The notes below the pieces were generated by a model that worked only from the letters and a program-made list of their open reading frames with translations, was not told the DNA's origin and searched no databases. A stretch of 64,000 nt of DNA from Candidatus Poribacteria bacterium (lineage in GTDB: Bacteria; Poribacteria; WGA-4E; PCPOR2b): NCBI GenBank assembly GCA_965215015.1, contig OZ244042.1:2432001-2496000 (forward strand), in the 5' to 3' direction. This document shows, one piece after another, positions 61,528 to 64,000 of this stretch (positions are counted from its first letter, which is position 1; each line of letters begins with the position of its first letter). The position numbers and the translations under genes were made by a program.

Positions 61528-62667
61528 TCACCGCTGGAAGAGGGGAACCAACCCGTTAACATCTGCTCTCGACCGCTCAATCTCACGCTGGAGATCTCGG
61601 TCGCCCATGTTTTTTGCCAGTTCTAACGCCTTCCTAAAATCCTCCCTCCCTTTATAGTGCCTTATCGCTTCCTTTGCCAAACCTCGATAGTAGTAGGCAC
61701 GAGCATTGTCTCTATCCAGTCGGAGAGCCGCGTCATAATCAGTAATAGCATTGAAATATTGTCCGTTGTTGTATTTTGCCTACCCCCGCCACAAGTAGGT
61801 ATAGGCAGCATTGGGGGCAAGTCGGACAGCGGTGTCATGATCGGCAATCGCAGCAACATATTGTTTCCGGTCCGATTTCACCCTGCCCCGATTGGAGTAG
61901 AGATAAGCAGCATTAGGATCAAGGCCTATCGCTGTGTCATAATCGGCAATCGCCGAAGCGTGTAGTCCTAACCTAAACCTTGCCCAGCCGCGACTGTGGT
62001 AGGCATAGATAGCATCGGGATTAAGACTTATCGCCTTAGTATAATCAACAATCGCAGCGATATGTTGTCCTAATTCAGCCTTTGCCTTGCCCCGATAGTA
62101 ATAGGATTTAGCATTAGCCGGATTGCGACTTATCGCCATGTCATAGGCACTTATCGCTTCAAAGTATTTCCCCTTATCCGCCTTTGCTTTTCCCCGATCA
62201 ATGTGTGTCTTGCTGTTCTCAGCCGGTTTATCAACCTTTGTACACGAATCTATAATGATTGCTACTATAATGCTTGCTATCTCCGCAAGAACAACGACGA
62301 TAAGCACCATGCCTCCACAACCTACCCAAAACGAAAACCCATTACTACCTGTAACCTCAGTTCCATCTATATCATGCTCATCCGGATTACTATTCTTAGT
62401 CTCGGCTTGCTGTTGGGCATTTTCGGCTTCAGCCCTCCGTTTTGCCTCCGCCTGTTTCCGAGTTTCCTCCGCTTGCCGGCTTGCCTTAGCGTCGTTCTGG
62501 ATATATTCCCATGCATCGTGAAGATATCGGAACATAGCAGTCGCATTGGGAGCAGGGTTTCTATCCGGATGATAGTGGAGCGATAGCTTGCGGTATGCCC
62601 GCTTGGCTTCATCTAACGACGCATCTGCTTCCAATCCTAATATCTCAAGAGCTTTCTGGCGTGTCAT
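61528..62667 (-). pseudogene. DnaJ-domain + TM + TPR protein with an in-frame TAG at 61780-61782
   Basis: J-domain with HPD, a TM segment, TPRs. The frame continues after TAG with further TPR sequence to TGA at 61528. Confidence 0.75.
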
Positions 62668-62668
62668 T

Positions 62669-62998
62669 TCAAAAATCTGTCCTTGTTAACTTACTATAAA
62701 AATGCCACGCTACGGCGCGCATGTCACGATCTGTTCTTATGCGATCTTGTGCTACCGTTAGAAAATCACTTAGAGCTCGACGAAAACACCCTTTTTCGCT
62801 TTCGATCTCGCCCTTGTAATAAAGAGCTCTACCCCTACAATAATACAATTTCATTCGCTCAGTCCGTAAATCCATACACGAAAGCAGACGTTCTATCGTG
62901 TCGGTGCAATCATTCTTATCAGAAATGTCCCATTTCCGCATATCGACTGCGTAATTCCTATATTTATTATATGGTTTCTGACAAAATAAATACAACAT
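62669..62998 (-). CDS. Small TPR-like hypothetical protein
   Basis: 109 aa with YYCRGRALY...ALSDF. Abuts the DnaJ-TPR gene. Confidence 0.4.
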   Translation of the reverse strand: MLYLFCQKPYNKYRNYAVDMRKWDISDKNDCTDTIERLLSCMDLRTERMKLYYCRGRALYYKGEIESEKGCFRRALSDFLTVAQDRIRTDRDMRAVAWHFYSKLTRTDF

Positions 62999-63014
62999 AA
63001 ATTTTTAACCCTGA

Positions 63015-63146
63015 TAGGACTTACGCAGTTGACCCCCCGATGCCAACACCAGAAAAGGTCGCGCAATGTTCATCTGTCGGGCGATTTATCGTCTCTGGTG
63101 ATGCAGGTTGAATTACATTACTACAAACTCAAGTGCGTAACTTCTA
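63015..63146. repeat. MITE/REP-like element, family B
   Basis: TAGGACTTACGCA...TGCGTAACTTCTA. Left part matches the reverse complement of ~51325-51380; right part matches 55369-55410. Confidence 0.75.
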
Positions 63147-63171
63147 CCTGATTTGCCTCCAATTTTTATTG

Positions 63172-63200
63172 TTGACAAAATTTTCCGGGTGTGCTATGCT
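63172..63200 (+). promoter_or_regulatory. Sigma70 promoter
   Basis: TTGACA-17 nt-TATGCT with an extended -10 TG. Confidence 0.7.
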
Positions 63201-63206
63201 ATCTAT

Positions 63207-63386
63207 ATCCTTTGAAATGAAAGGAGGTGATCATTCTTGTTACCATCTAGTGGAATGATCAAGGGAGGTGCTGTCTTTTAGGAGACAGTGCTTCCCCATC
63301 AAGGGAGATTCCTCTTAGGAGACGGTTCTTCCCTTGATCTCAACCTTAGATGCAGAGCAGGGCTAATTTTTTAGCCCTGCTTTTTT
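63207..63386 (+). ncRNA. Putative small RNA or attenuating leader with tandem hairpins
   Basis: Lies between a promoter and an intrinsic terminator. Two related hairpin units ATCAAGGGAG...TTAGGAGAC...CTTCCC. Confidence 0.55.
63356..63386 (+). terminator. Intrinsic terminator
   Basis: AGCAGGGCTAA/TTAGCCCTGCT followed by a T-run. Confidence 0.85.
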
Positions 63387-63411
63387 ATTTTACGAAAGAG
63401 AGGACAAACCG

Positions 63412-64000
63412 ATGACACAAACACCACCGGATACGGCAGTTGTTCTGTTTGATGGCAAAGATCTCAACAATTGGACGAAACTTGATGGAGGAGCACCGGC
63501 TTGGGAGGTCGCTGATGGCGCGATGACCGTGACCGCCGGCGCGGGCGACATCGTGAGTCGGGAGCAGTTTACCGATTTTCTGCTGCACTTGGAGTTCATG
63601 ACGCCTGATATGCCAGATGCAACTGGTCAAGCAAAGGGGAACAGTGGGGTATTCCTTCAGGGACGGTATGAAATCCAGGTACTAGATTCATACGGGATTG
63701 ATGTGCCGGGCATGGGAGATTGTGGCGCGATTTACAACCAATGTGCATCGTTGGTGAACGCTTGCAAACCGCCGCTTGAATGGCAAACATACCACGTGAT
63801 ATTCCGCGCCGCTCGCGTGAGTGAGTCGGGAGAGATAGAAGAAAACGCGCGCGTGACCGTGCTGCAGAACGGGATTGTGATACAGAATAATGTCCAAATA
63901 CTGGGCACTACAGGTGGGGCGACGGACGAAGATGCTGCAGAGCCGGGAGCCTTACGACTGCAAGACCACGGCAACTCGGTCAAGTATCGCAATATTTGGG
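63412..64000 (+). CDS. DUF1080 / 3-keto-disaccharide hydrolase family protein (partial)
   Basis: Manual translation: VVLFDGKDL, FTDFLLHLEF, GNSGVFLQGRYEIQVLDS, LQDHG...YRNIW. RBS GAGAGGA. Confidence 0.88.
   Translation, partial: MTQTPPDTAVVLFDGKDLNNWTKLDGGAPAWEVADGAMTVTAGAGDIVSREQFTDFLLHLEFMTPDMPDATGQAKGNSGVFLQGRYEIQVLDSYGIDVPGMGDCGAIYNQCASLVNACKPPLEWQTYHVIFRAARVSESGEIEENARVTVLQNGIVIQNNVQILGTTGGATDEDAAEPGALRLQDHGNSVKYRNIW

Overview
A bacterial chromosomal window of about 50% GC. Its gene content (sulfatases, enolase-family enzymes, WD40/TPR/NHL repeat proteins, restriction-modification genes, dense REP/MITE-like intergenic repeats) resembles sponge-associated Ca. Poribacteria, but that assignment is inference only. 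Housekeeping loci are smpB-ssrA, rplM-rpsI-purA, tRNA-Lys, tRNA-Glu and glutamate dehydrogenase. Accessory content includes a complete type I RM operon, a solitary HTH-MTase-TRD fusion, a phosphonoacetate hydrolase paired with a Zn-alcohol dehydrogenase, two decayed IS200/IS605 (TnpB) elements and several pseudogenes. The standout observation is that the tmRNA gene (6400-6988) is interrupted in its T-loop by a 234-nt ORF-less group I intron (6741-6974), whose P1-P9 core can be traced by eye. Other unexplained non-coding structures are a 6S-like rod upstream of rplM and a promoter-to-terminator unit with tandem GGA hairpins at about 63.2-63.4 kb. All protein calls are motif recognition by eye; no database searches were run.
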